This document shows, in pieces, positions 7,536 to 17,500 of a stretch of DNA of 56,743 bases. Source of the DNA: a virus; IMG/VR virus record IMGVR_UViG_3300037484_000539, positions 1 to 56,743 of that record; one strand, given 5' to 3'. The first letter of the stretch is position 1; every line of letters begins with the position of its first letter. The notes beneath the pieces were generated by a model. That model made no database searches. It was not told the origin of the DNA and saw only the letters and a list, made by a program, of their open reading frames with translations. A program made the position numbers and the translations under genes.

Positions 7536-8707
7536 ATTTTCCCTGCCCCGGTCGCTCGGATTGCGCCCCCGCAGCAGCGGAGAGCATAGTCAGCCGAAAT
7601 TTCACGGCGGAACTGCCAGACCGGCTCACGTTCTTTAGCATTTTTTATCCTCCCCTTGGTTTTCCCGGTTTCCCTCCCGGTGGTGGAGATGGCTCAAGCC
7701 CTCCTTCATTCTGTGAATCAGACACTCAGGAAGCTGCTGATTTATGCGCCACCAGACCCCAGCCGATCCCATTTGGGGAAGGTTATCCACCCCCCATTGG
7801 AAACAACGCGCAGACCTGTGATGGGAATACAGTACCAGCCGACACGTTTTTCGCCATGACGCAGGAGCTTGCGGATGCGATTGCGTTCGCCGTGGCGTGT
7901 GATCCTGAAATCATCCTGTTCAACAACACCTCCCAGACCTGTACTCAGGACTGTGCCGGGGAAACACTGACTTACACCGTTCCTCCTGATGTGTTTGTAG
8001 GATTAGATCAGGCGAGTGCTGATTTGACGGCATTTCTGTTTGCGTGCGCCGTCCTAAGTCTGTCCTGTCAGGAAGGAAAGGAGCTCCCACCTCCTCCTAC
8101 TGCACCCAATACCAAACAGTCCTGCTCCGTAGCTTGTACAGGAGGAACTTTTACTTATACCGTTTCCTATAACACATATAGGGCGGAAAATCAGTCAGCG
8201 GCCAATGCCGTAGCTTCCACAGCGGCGTGTAATTTAGCTTCTACGTTTCTGACATGTATTACACCCATAGACGATGAGACGTGTGTGGATGATTTTTACG
8301 GTCAGGTAGTGGCTGTCACGGGGCTGTTTTCAGGCAATGTAACCAGCTTGGTGGTATCATCGGGTTCATTGCCTCCGGGAGTAATACTTTCTGGTAATTC
8401 ACTTATAGGAGTTCCAACTGTAGCTGGAGAATACAACTTCACCCTAAGAGCTACGTTCAACGGAGGACATACAGCCACAACGACTGGGGTAATCACCGTG
8501 GGTGATGTCATAGGAACACTGGCGAATGGAACTGACAACGCCCCCTACGTTGGGGTTGTGACGGCACCGGGATTTACCAATCCTATATTCTCCATTGTGG
8601 GGGGATTATTACCCAGCGGTCTGGCCCTCAATCCTAACACGGGAGTCATCAGTGGCACACCGGACACTCCGGGAGTTTACGACTTTGTGGTGGAGGCGAG
8701 CGAATGA
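7532..8707 (+). CDS. Cys-repeat protein with two C-terminal Ig-like (He_PIG-type) domains; receptor-binding candidate
   Basis: GAGGTG SD. About 3.5 repeats ending in A..A...AC, then GSLPPGVILSGNSLIGVPTVAGEYNFTL and GLLPSGLALNPNTGVISGTPDTPGVYDF. Confidence 0.6.
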   Translation: MNFPCPGRSDCAPAAAESIVSRNFTAELPDRLTFFSIFYPPLGFPGFPPGGGDGSSPPSFCESDTQEAADLCATRPQPIPFGEGYPPPIGNNAQTCDGNTVPADTFFAMTQELADAIAFAVACDPEIILFNNTSQTCTQDCAGETLTYTVPPDVFVGLDQASADLTAFLFACAVLSLSCQEGKELPPPPTAPNTKQSCSVACTGGTFTYTVSYNTYRAENQSAANAVASTAACNLASTFLTCITPIDDETCVDDFYGQVVAVTGLFSGNVTSLVVSSGSLPPGVILSGNSLIGVPTVAGEYNFTLRATFNGGHTATTTGVITVGDVIGTLANGTDNAPYVGVVTAPGFTNPIFSIVGGLLPSGLALNPNTGVISGTPDTPGVYDFVVEASE

Positions 8708-9222
8708 CATGCGCAAAGCCATTCTCGATTACGATTGATCCAGACGTGGTATGCCCGGACTGGCCCACCCTGTTATGGGACGCGGCCATTATCATCGGCA
8801 CCAGTCCTCCTGATGCGGAGGGTGCATTCACTCCCAACGCTGCGCCGGGGGACAGCTACCAAGCCACGGCAAGCTGTGTGGATTTCTTCACTGGGGGACT
8901 GTTGCTGGTACAAGCATCCGTAGAGGGGAATATCACCTACAACGGAGGAGGTTGTAACTGTCAGGTGACGGTCAATTTTACCGGAGTAGGCGATCCCACG
9001 GAAGCCACCTGCTCCATTAGAATCCAGCAGAATGGCGTGGACGTGCTGGCCATACAGTCATTTGATTCCAGCACCAGTGGAAACTACACGTTCCCGTTCT
9101 CCCTTGTGGACACCTTGGGAAACCCGGAGACGGTCAACGTGCGAATCGTATGGGAGTCGGACAATCTGGCGGGCGGGCCGTCTTCCGTGGACATGGCCGG
9201 AACGCTTTCCAACGTGCCCTGA
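8704..9222 (+). CDS. Hypothetical protein coupled to the adhesin gene
   Basis: 172-aa ORF. ATGA overlap with 7532..8707. Confidence 0.55.
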   Translation: MTCAKPFSITIDPDVVCPDWPTLLWDAAIIIGTSPPDAEGAFTPNAAPGDSYQATASCVDFFTGGLLLVQASVEGNITYNGGGCNCQVTVNFTGVGDPTEATCSIRIQQNGVDVLAIQSFDSSTSGNYTFPFSLVDTLGNPETVNVRIVWESDNLAGGPSSVDMAGTLSNVP

Positions 9223-9225
9223 TTA

Positions 9226-9236
9226 TTCCACTTGAC
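9226..9236 (+). promoter_or_regulatory. TTCCACTTGAC box (exact)
   Basis: ATG 9266 of the unlisted 43-aa ORF lies 29 nt downstream. No SD. Confidence 0.65.
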
Positions 9237-9265
9237 ACGGTGCGCAAAAACCCCATGATGCGCGC

Positions 9266-9397
9266 ATGAAGCAATGGTGGGTAGCTCAAATCGCTCTGTT
9301 CCTGCTTGGTGTCACAATCGCCCTGTGCTTCGCCTACAAAGCCAAGCTGGAGAAGGCCAACCAATACATCGAACACCTTGAGAAAGGAAGAAAGTGA
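9266..9397 (+). CDS. Small single-pass membrane protein, 43 aa (below the ORF-track cutoff)
   Basis: MKQWWVAQIALFLLGVTIALCFAYKAKLEKANQYIEHLEKGRK. Its stop overlaps GTG 9394 as GTGA. Confidence 0.5.
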   Translation: MKQWWVAQIALFLLGVTIALCFAYKAKLEKANQYIEHLEKGRK

Positions 9398-9747
9398 CAC
9401 CAGAAGCACAACGAATTGCGATTGCGGAGGAAATGCCAAAACATTTAATCCACGTGAAAGCACACGTGCTGGAGTGGATGTCTCCATACGGCTGGATTAT
9501 TTTTGACCCATTGCGTGACCTGAACGCGATGCACGAGGCGGAGAAGACACTTACACGCGAGCAGCAAGACGAATACGTTGACCGCCATCTTTACCCGATG
9601 CTTCCGTGCGACGAGAACCACGGGCCATGCGATTTGGCTGACGGCGAGGACATTCTCATAGCGAGCAGCTTTCAGATTGCCCACGCCACCGCCGCACAAC
9701 GCGCCGAAGCCTTCCTGCGCACGATTGGGAAGTGGGTGGAGAAGTGA
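9394..9747 (+). CDS. Hypothetical protein, 117 aa
   Basis: ORF with a GTG start coupled to the upstream small ORF. Confidence 0.55.
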   Translation: MTPEAQRIAIAEEMPKHLIHVKAHVLEWMSPYGWIIFDPLRDLNAMHEAEKTLTREQQDEYVDRHLYPMLPCDENHGPCDLADGEDILIASSFQIAHATAAQRAEAFLRTIGKWVEK

Positions 9748-10202
9748 ACATACGCCTTCACAAATCCAATCGTGGTGCCGTCATCACTTCAATGGTTGGC
9801 ATCATCGTGGCGATAATCCTGTTTCTATTGGCCATGTTTTTAATCATCTACCTGCTTCTGGCCCTGCTCAGTTTGCCAATACGGGCACTCCCAAGAGAAG
9901 CGGACGAGTTTTACGCGCCATATATCTTCGAGCCTGCCACTAACAACACTAAATGGTCGCAGCCACAAACCCCCGAAGGAATGCAGTACCGATCTGTGCC
10001 ACTATTCACCAGCACCAATATGATAAATTGGGAAACAGTATGGTGTCAGGTGGACAGCAATGGTGGAATCCATGCCCCTGACGGGGCCGTGCTCCAGTTG
10101 CGTGGAAGCTGGGATGATGAAGCGCAGGCATGGGTGGAGATGGAGCCGAAGCTGGTCGTGCCGGGGAGAAGTGAGATGAGGGTGTTTAGGTTGGTGAAGT
10201 AA
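9744..10202 (+). CDS. Membrane-anchored hypothetical protein
   Basis: GTG 9744 overlaps the upstream stop as GTGA. N-terminal hydrophobic stretch VGIIVAIILFLLAMFLIIYLLLALL. Confidence 0.55.
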   Translation: MNIRLHKSNRGAVITSMVGIIVAIILFLLAMFLIIYLLLALLSLPIRALPREADEFYAPYIFEPATNNTKWSQPQTPEGMQYRSVPLFTSTNMINWETVWCQVDSNGGIHAPDGAVLQLRGSWDDEAQAWVEMEPKLVVPGRSEMRVFRLVK

Positions 10203-10217
10203 CGAAAAGGTCAGCGC

Positions 10218-10547
10218 ATGAGCCGCCATAGCCCAAAAGAGATCGAACGGTGCAAGCGCGTCGCCAGCAAGATGAACGTCGAAACTGGTGAGGCTAAGGC
10301 TCATTCGCTGCACCGTCTTGTTATGCCGCTGGCTCAACGTCAGCAACTCGCGCTCGACCACATAAAGCGTCTCAAAAAAGACTATCCGCACTATGAAGTA
10401 ATCGCGGTCTGCCTCGAATGCGCAAAAGTGAATCTTGATCCACACAGGGCCGGTGCTCGTCCTGTGCTCGGTAAATGGCCACCGGTGAAAGTGCCGGCGG
10501 ACTGGGAATGTGAATCGTGTCAAAGCAAACAACTCGTAGCAGCATGA
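10218..10547 (+). CDS. Hypothetical protein, 109 aa
   Basis: ORF with an ATG start. Contains CLEC...CESC Cys pairs. Confidence 0.55.
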   Translation: MSRHSPKEIERCKRVASKMNVETGEAKAHSLHRLVMPLAQRQQLALDHIKRLKKDYPHYEVIAVCLECAKVNLDPHRAGARPVLGKWPPVKVPADWECESCQSKQLVAA

Positions 10548-10792
10548 AACAAAAACTCGATGAAGTCCGCACGCTCGCAATCAAACTTTTCGAGGCCGGC
10601 GAAGCGGAAAAACGCAAACAGCCGAAACACATCTGGGAAGGTCAGACGCGCACATGGCGCGACCTTCCAAGTGAATCGGTGGCCGTGTGGGACGCGATAG
10701 CAATTTGCGCCTACGGGCAACTCAAGCGGCATAACGACCAAGCTCACCCCACTGCCGCGAGAGCGCCCGTGGACGGCACTGAAAATCTATGA
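10544..10792 (+). CDS. Hypothetical protein, 82 aa
   Basis: ATG 10544 overlaps the upstream stop as ATGA (ORF 10517..10792). Confidence 0.5.
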   Translation: MKQKLDEVRTLAIKLFEAGEAEKRKQPKHIWEGQTRTWRDLPSESVAVWDAIAICAYGQLKRHNDQAHPTAARAPVDGTENL

Positions 10793-11241
10793 GTGAAATC
10801 AAAAGCATCGAATCGGAAACGCCAGCGGCAGTTGCGGGTGCAGCGCCTTGTTCGGCACATTGGACACACGAACTCTATCAAAGCGGAACTCAGGTAGTAA
10901 AACGCTCTGGAAGCTTCGAGGGTGCTCACTACCACATCGGCCACCTCGCGACTGACACTGAGGGCGACGCCGGGCGGCATGACGTGGGCGGTGAACTGTG
11001 CGTGTGGCTGAACGGTGGCGAAGAGCCGTGGTGGATGGACATGCTGAATCGCACATCGCCCGATACGGTGAGAACGCCTCATGGCTGCGACATTCGAGCC
11101 ACTGGCCCGATGATAGATGTAGCAACCGTTGGTTGGGGATGTTGGAAGGAAGATGACTCCGCCGAGGCGCAAATCGAGCGAGGACTAATGACCGACGCAC
11201 TGATGAAGCGCGACCGACGGATTGTGCCGAACAGTGATTAA
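10789..11241 (+). CDS. Hypothetical protein, 150 aa
   Basis: ORF with an ATGA overlap upstream. Confidence 0.55.
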   Translation: MSEIKSIESETPAAVAGAAPCSAHWTHELYQSGTQVVKRSGSFEGAHYHIGHLATDTEGDAGRHDVGGELCVWLNGGEEPWWMDMLNRTSPDTVRTPHGCDIRATGPMIDVATVGWGCWKEDDSAEAQIERGLMTDALMKRDRRIVPNSD

Positions 11242-11273
11242 CAGACTGGAGTTCGCATAGCACGATATGCTGC

Positions 11274-11302
11274 TTGATTTCTAGCGCCAACAAGCGTGAA
11301 TA
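11274..11302 (+). promoter_or_regulatory. Sigma70-like promoter candidate without the CCAC extension
   Basis: TTGATT, a 17-nt spacer, then TGAATA, with GTG 11310 seven nt later. This is the same roughly 31-nt geometry seen at the box promoters. Confidence 0.3.
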
Positions 11303-11309
11303 GGGGGCA

Positions 11310-12347
11310 GTGAAGGTCACTGTCAACGATGTACTGCAAAGCAGGATTCCGCATTCAATCGGAAAGTGCGCCACCGACCTTCCTGAAATTTGCAGCTATC
11401 TGAACGAGGCAATCAGCCGACTGCTCATCGCCGCTCCCGATACGGGTTGGTGGAAAACTTGGGAAAAAGTAGTCTTCAACGTCGATAGAACCACTCCTTA
11501 CCTGACACTTCCGGCCAAGTACGCCCGTGCTGCCGGAATTGATATTTGCAGAACCCCAGTTGGGGTGAACAATGAGTGGTACGAGTTCATGGAGTACGGT
11601 GTGGGCCTTCAAACCATCTGCACTTCCAAATCTCCTTGTGCCGTGATGGATGCGTTTGATCGGGGTTCAGTTGCCACGGCTTACGATCTTACCCCGACCA
11701 ACCAACTCATCCGAGTTTATCTAACGGACATAAGGGACGTGGGCCGGAAAATTCTTTTTACTGGTGCCATCGACCAGAACGGAAACGGGATTTACGAGCA
11801 AAATGGACTAACAAGTTTGAATGGGTTCATGCTTACTCTCACCACCCCATTTGTCACCAGCGGATTCATCGTGACAGCATTCAGTTCTGTAACGAAAGAC
11901 CCGACCTATGGAGACGTGGTGGTAAAACAGGTGGATGCTACTACAGGAGTGGAAGTATTGCTTGCTCGCTATACCCCTGACGAAATAACCCCCCAGTACC
12001 GGCGCTATTTGATTAGTGGAATGCCGTGCAATTGTTGTCCTGTTACCGGAACCAACACCGTTCAAGTGACAGCGATGTGCAAGCTGGACTTCAAGCCCGT
12101 GAAAAGACCCACGGATGTTTTGCTGATTGGCAACCTAGCGGCGTTGAAGGAGGAGATGCAGAGCATCAAGTTTTCGGAACAGGATTCTTCCAAGGCCATG
12201 CAGTTCTCACTTCTCAAACACCAGCAGGCCGTCAAGCTCTTAAATCTGGAGCTTGCGAGCTATACTGGCCCAACGGATGTAGCTGTGAACGTGAGCATAT
12301 TTGGCAGCGCGCGTTTGGAGCATCAGGGAATAGGGACGATGGTTTGA
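11310..12347 (+). CDS. Putative virion structural protein, 345 aa
   Basis: GTG start after AGGGGG. First gene of a tightly coupled run that leads to the giant protein. The structural role is inferred from context only. Confidence 0.5.
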   Translation: MKVTVNDVLQSRIPHSIGKCATDLPEICSYLNEAISRLLIAAPDTGWWKTWEKVVFNVDRTTPYLTLPAKYARAAGIDICRTPVGVNNEWYEFMEYGVGLQTICTSKSPCAVMDAFDRGSVATAYDLTPTNQLIRVYLTDIRDVGRKILFTGAIDQNGNGIYEQNGLTSLNGFMLTLTTPFVTSGFIVTAFSSVTKDPTYGDVVVKQVDATTGVEVLLARYTPDEITPQYRRYLISGMPCNCCPVTGTNTVQVTAMCKLDFKPVKRPTDVLLIGNLAALKEEMQSIKFSEQDSSKAMQFSLLKHQQAVKLLNLELASYTGPTDVAVNVSIFGSARLEHQGIGTMV

Positions 12348-12348
12348 T

Positions 12349-12852
12349 ATGACACTTGCTGAACTCGCATTTATGCAGAGCACCAATCCGGCGATGTTTG
12401 CCGGTGTGTTGCGAAATAACCAGCGCGCTGGGGCCAATGCTGATTCTCCCTATCGGGACAACAATGGAAACCCCATCAGCAAGGAGCAGTTTGACCGCCT
12501 GCCAACATCGCGCCGGTACATGGTGGGTGATTTGCAGAGGTATCAGGCGGAGCAACGGGGATTGCAAGGTGTTGGTACTATGAACGCGCCTCCGACAGAC
12601 GGAGTTACACGTCCAGTTTACGATCCAAGGATTGACCAGCGCATTGTTGCCGGTGGCCCCAACGATCCGAATATGGTGAGGGGTGCATTTCAGGGTGGTG
12701 GGGTAGGGCCGTTGACGCAGGTGTCAGCCACACCTGCCAGCGCCCAAACCTATGCTCCAACTGTAAAACCTCCGCCTATTCCAAATATGTTTGGGAGCAC
12801 CCAGCAAAATGAACTTCCGTACTGGATGCGTCCCAAGGGAGGAATGGCTTAA
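12349..12852 (+). CDS. Hypothetical (putative internal virion) protein
   Basis: 167 aa, Gly/Pro/Gln-rich, one nt after the upstream stop. Confidence 0.5.
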   Translation: MTLAELAFMQSTNPAMFAGVLRNNQRAGANADSPYRDNNGNPISKEQFDRLPTSRRYMVGDLQRYQAEQRGLQGVGTMNAPPTDGVTRPVYDPRIDQRIVAGGPNDPNMVRGAFQGGGVGPLTQVSATPASAQTYAPTVKPPPIPNMFGSTQQNELPYWMRPKGGMA

Positions 12853-12855
12853 TTT

Positions 12856-13638
12856 ATGGCAACTCAAGTTTACACAGGCGGGGCACCAGCCGCACGGGCG
12901 GGAATCGACTGGATACTCAATCCCAACATCGACTTTACCGAAACCGACACCAACGCAGCCGAGCAGGCGGTAGGTGGGGGTTTCAGTGGTTCTCAGTTCG
13001 GGGCCATCAACAATTTGCGCCTTCGAGATTCCGAGCGGATGAACCGCATTGAGCTTGGCAACCAGTTGCTCAATCCCTTTCTGGAACGGGAACAACAGGC
13101 GTCACTATTTCAACAGGGGGAAGCAGGCCAGACCAGCCGCCTTCAGATGACCATCAATGCTCAGGCCGCACAGCAAGCCCTTGAGCAATCAGGGTTGGAT
13201 CGCAGGCTTGGGCAAACCACAGCAGCACAAATGCAACTGGCGCTCTTGAACGGGGACATTGCTACGCAGCAGCAATTGCTCACGGAAGCCGGGGCAGACA
13301 GAAGGCAGGCTGCCGATATTGCCGCCGATTTGAACCGCACCCGGATTACCGCGCAGAACCAGTTGCTCTCCACACTGATTGGGGCAGGAGGGGGTGGAAC
13401 TTCAACAGGAAGAACTCCCGTAGCACCTCCAGGTACGAACAACGTAGCTACAGGCCAGCCGGGGTGGGCCTCCAGTGTGGCGGGAGTAAGTGCTCCAGGA
13501 TCATCCGGACAAAATGTATTTGGATCACCCGTGGCGTATAACCCGGCAGCGCGGAATGTGAGGAGTGGAACCAGCGGGGGTGCAAACCAGTACACAACCT
13601 ATATCAATCAAATTTTGAGCAGCTACGGGCTTCAATAA
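12856..13638 (+). CDS. Gln/Ala-rich hypothetical (putative internal virion) protein
   Basis: 260 aa with long Q/A-rich helical segments and a Gly/Ser-rich tail. Confidence 0.5.
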   Translation: MATQVYTGGAPAARAGIDWILNPNIDFTETDTNAAEQAVGGGFSGSQFGAINNLRLRDSERMNRIELGNQLLNPFLEREQQASLFQQGEAGQTSRLQMTINAQAAQQALEQSGLDRRLGQTTAAQMQLALLNGDIATQQQLLTEAGADRRQAADIAADLNRTRITAQNQLLSTLIGAGGGGTSTGRTPVAPPGTNNVATGQPGWASSVAGVSAPGSSGQNVFGSPVAYNPAARNVRSGTSGGANQYTTYINQILSSYGLQ

Positions 13639-13639
13639 T

Positions 13640-14500
13640 ATGCCCATCGTTTATCCAGAAGAAATTCAGGACGCTCCAGCGATTCCGTTGCGTGATCCTG
13701 AACTCCAGCCTTACTACGGCCCTCAACCGGGAGAGCTTGAGGCATCTGGTTATATCGCCCCGTTCGTGGATGAGTTTGGGCAGGCTCAATCAACTGCTTA
13801 CGATTCAAGACAGGCCGACATTGAAGCCCAAACGATGGCGAGGAGATTCAAGGGGGCACAACTTTATCAGAGCCTTGTAAGCGGAGGCGCCACACCCCCA
13901 GAAGCATTTCGGCTGGCTGCTCCTGACTTGTTGTTCAATGATGTAAGTGCCCAGATAAAGGCAATCCCAAAGATGGGCAGCCAGCCCTTCAATCCCACGT
14001 TTACGGACGTGGAGGGGGGCAGGCTTTTAAGACGTGGCCCAAACTCAGTGCAGTTCATCCGCAATCCAACACCTCCAGCCGATCAAGCTGAGAAGGAATT
14101 GTCCCGCCGAAGAACGCGGTTGGACGAGGGCCAACTGGCTATTGCCAGACAGGATTTGCAACGGGCCAAAGCCATACGGGACAAGCTGGAAAAGTCCGAT
14201 CCGGGAAGGATGCAGGCCGCACAGGAAGTGGCCAGACTGGAATCTGCTTTAGGGGAACTGCAAACTGGCTACACAAACATTCCGCAATCAACCGCCGTGT
14301 CCATTCCTTCAGCACTTGAACCACAGACTGTAGTGGAAAGAACTCCTGAAGGTATTTCCATGCGGAGAGAAACACCCCAAAGGCCCGCTGAAACAGCCAC
14401 GGATGAGAAGGTAGTTGTGACGAAGGGTGGAAAAAGATTCCGTTTGCCAAAGAGCCAGCTTGAACAAGCCCGGAAAGAGGGATACAAACTGGCTCAGTAG
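13640..14500 (+). CDS. Hypothetical (putative internal virion) protein
   Basis: 286 aa, abutting both neighbouring genes. Confidence 0.5.
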   Translation: MPIVYPEEIQDAPAIPLRDPELQPYYGPQPGELEASGYIAPFVDEFGQAQSTAYDSRQADIEAQTMARRFKGAQLYQSLVSGGATPPEAFRLAAPDLLFNDVSAQIKAIPKMGSQPFNPTFTDVEGGRLLRRGPNSVQFIRNPTPPADQAEKELSRRRTRLDEGQLAIARQDLQRAKAIRDKLEKSDPGRMQAAQEVARLESALGELQTGYTNIPQSTAVSIPSALEPQTVVERTPEGISMRRETPQRPAETATDEKVVVTKGGKRFRLPKSQLEQARKEGYKLAQ

Positions 14501-17500
14501 ATGCCACTCGATTTAGAGGAATTGTCCGATCTTGATCTGGAGCCGATTGAGGAAGAATCGGAAACTCCTCGTCTGGCGCAAAAGCAGGAACTTCCAGATA
14601 CCAAACCAGCAGTCACAATCGAGCAGACTACCTTTCGGCCACGCACGGCTTCATTGGAGGATACTCGTCCAGCATTCGATTTCGATGAACCTCTGGTCGC
14701 TCCCGAAGCTGTCCGGGCCGCAATGGAACTTGGGCAGGGAGGGATTTCGCGGGCCATCCCACTGCTTCCTGAGGGAATGCGGGAGACAGCGCAGGGCTTC
14801 AAGGAGGGAATTGAGGAGCAGGTGATTGGGCTTACCACGCCAAAATCAGTGGCGATGACCCCGATATTTGCAATTCCCTATGTTGGGCAGGGATTGGCCC
14901 TTGGAATGGGCGCTAAAGCCATAGGCGCTGGAGCAGGAACGGCCACAGGGGCGATTGAATCGGGAAACAGGAGAGAGTTAGGGACTGGACTGAGCGAAGT
15001 CACTGGCGGGGCGGCAATGGTGGCTGCTCCACTGTTACACGGCAGGGCAAAGGTCATTGATATTCCACCCGAAGTCCGAGCCACACTTCCCAAAGCATCC
15101 GCAGCAGTCGAACAAACAACCAAAGGAGCAGAAAGTGCCAAAACAATACGAAGCGATACGGGACAAGTGCGTGAAGAAGGGCGGCAAGCTGAAGTCGTGC
15201 AAGACAAAGGCGGCGAAAATCTACAACAGCCTGCACCCGAACAACCCAAACCCGTGGGCGCACGAGGCGGCGAAGAAGCCCAAGTATTACTGAAGCAGGA
15301 ACTTGCTGCTCCAGATGCGCAAGCTGCGCTCACAAAGCCTGTTGAGCAATTGCGTGTTGAATTAGAATCTAAAAACGCTGAGGCTGACGCACTTCCAAAA
15401 CCAGCCGCCGATGCGCCTATAGCTGACAAAATGGCGTACCTTACGGCCAAGAACAAACTCAAGGGAGAGGCCAGTTTTCTGAGGGAGGCTTTAGAATTGA
15501 AAAAGCAGGAGCGGGTCAAGCCATCTCAAAATGTTATCACGAAGGAAGCACAGCCTGAGCGAGTAGTGGTGCAACCTCCAGAAGATGTTGGTGGAGGAGA
15601 AATGACTCCGGGTTACGTTACGATCCAATCTAAAGGCAACGCACAATCTGGGCCACCCGAAGCATGGAAATCAGCAGGACACGATTTGCCTGAGTTTTCA
15701 AAGCTTCCCAAAGGAACTTATGGAATCAAAGAAGCAAGAGAGCTTGCCCAAAAAGCCCAAGCCCCTGAACTGGCAGCTGAAGGAGTGGGAGGAGTTCCTG
15801 AAAAGCTACCCGCCGCAGAAGCAGCTACTAAAACTGAACCAGTTAGTAGTGAATTAGTAGTTGAGTCTGCACCCGAACGCACTGCTATAGCGCCGGAAAC
15901 AATCAAAGCCGCTGCGGCCCGCAGTGAGGATGGAACGATTTACACCGGAAAATGGCACCCTGCTGCGTATGAAGAACTGATGCGAGCCAAGGGTCTGACC
16001 AAAGATCAGGTCATTGGCCAAATACAAAGCGGTCAGTTAGCTGATGGTTTTATTACGTCTAAAGGAAGATTTGTATCGCGCGAAGAGGCCGCTGTAATAG
16101 CGAAGGAACGCAACCAGTTCCGCCCTGACAAGGAAGGCGATATAGCATTTGCTGGGGGACTCAAGGGAATGGAAGCGGGGCCGGGAGTGGTAGCACCAAA
16201 GCCTGAACTCGCAGAAACGCAAGGTGCCATTGCCACATCCGGGGCACCCATGATGCCAGCTACACCCGCTGGCGTTCCTGCGAAGCCAGTCAAGCCCATT
16301 TCGGAAGTGATACGGGATTTGGCAAAGGGGTTGGACATGCCCATCCGCTTTGGTCGGCTTACCACCAGCAAGTACGCAGGCTACTTCAAAAAGAACCCCA
16401 ATCTCATAGGGGCCAAGTTTGCCAATGACATGCCAATTGTAGCGCATGAAACCGGGCACAAGCTGGATTCCATTTATCCTTTTACGAAAGACCCGGCCTT
16501 GCGGGCTGAATTGGATGCGCTGGGCGATCCTGCGATAGCAGGTTCCAGATCATCGTGGACGCCATCCAAATCCGGCGTTTACAAGCGCGGGGAGGGTTTT
16601 GCTGAATTCGTACGCCATTGGCTGACAGACCCCGCTGAAGCCAAACGTCTAGCGCCTGACACGTTTACCAAGTATGAGCAAATGCTGGATGCCAGCGAAG
16701 ACCTTGGGAATGTGATGCGGCAGGCACAATCCGATATTCAGCTTTGGCGCAACGCCCCACAGGAAGCGCGGCTGGATTCATTTATTTCCAGAAGCGATCC
16801 GAATGGAGCACGTTATCGGCTTCCCAACCTGATGCGTGACGTGGTGGATGATTTACACTTCCTGCGCATGGCGGTGGACGATGCGAAAGTTTCAGGGCCA
16901 CTGCCACCCAGCCAGAATCCATACCAGCTTGCCCGCGCTTTACGGGGAAGCTACGGCATGGCGGACAGTTTCGTGCGTAATGGCGTGGCCGACTTCAAGA
17001 CCCGTGAAGTAACGCCGGGAACCGGCCTTCAGGACGCTTTGAAACCCGTGTCGGGCAGGATTGATGAGTTTCGCAGGTGGATAGTGGCTAAACGCGCCCA
17101 GGAGCTTGCAGCCAACGGTAAGGAGACGGGCCTTAACCCCAACGACGTGGATTTTGTGGCTCAAAAGTATGATACTGACCCCGCTTTTCAGGAAGCCTTC
17201 ACCAAGGTCAAGACATGGAATGATGCCCTGCTCAAGTATGCTGGTGATTCCGGGCTTATTGCTCCTGAGTCCCTGAAGGCCATGCGGGACATGAATCAGG
17301 ACTACGTTCCGTTTCATCGGGTATTCGAGGTGGGGGCTGGAGAATCAGCGGCCCAATCAGGTGGTGCCGGACGAGGATTGAATGTGGGAAAGCCCGGCAG
17401 CCTGAAGCGTTTATCAGGCTCGCAACGGGACATTGTTGACCCATTGGAAACGATGGTCAAAAACGCCTACACGTTGATTACTGCCGCTGAGAAAAACGCC

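Noticed and set aside
14878-15519. Long antisense or alternative-frame ORFs inside large genes (for example 14878..15519, 10002..10580, 22489..23169, 23690..24412, 47898..48629)
   Set aside because: These are shadow ORFs on the strand opposite confidently coding genes. Their products are Ser/Ala/Cys/Arg-rich and low-complexity, and they do not fit the operon structure.
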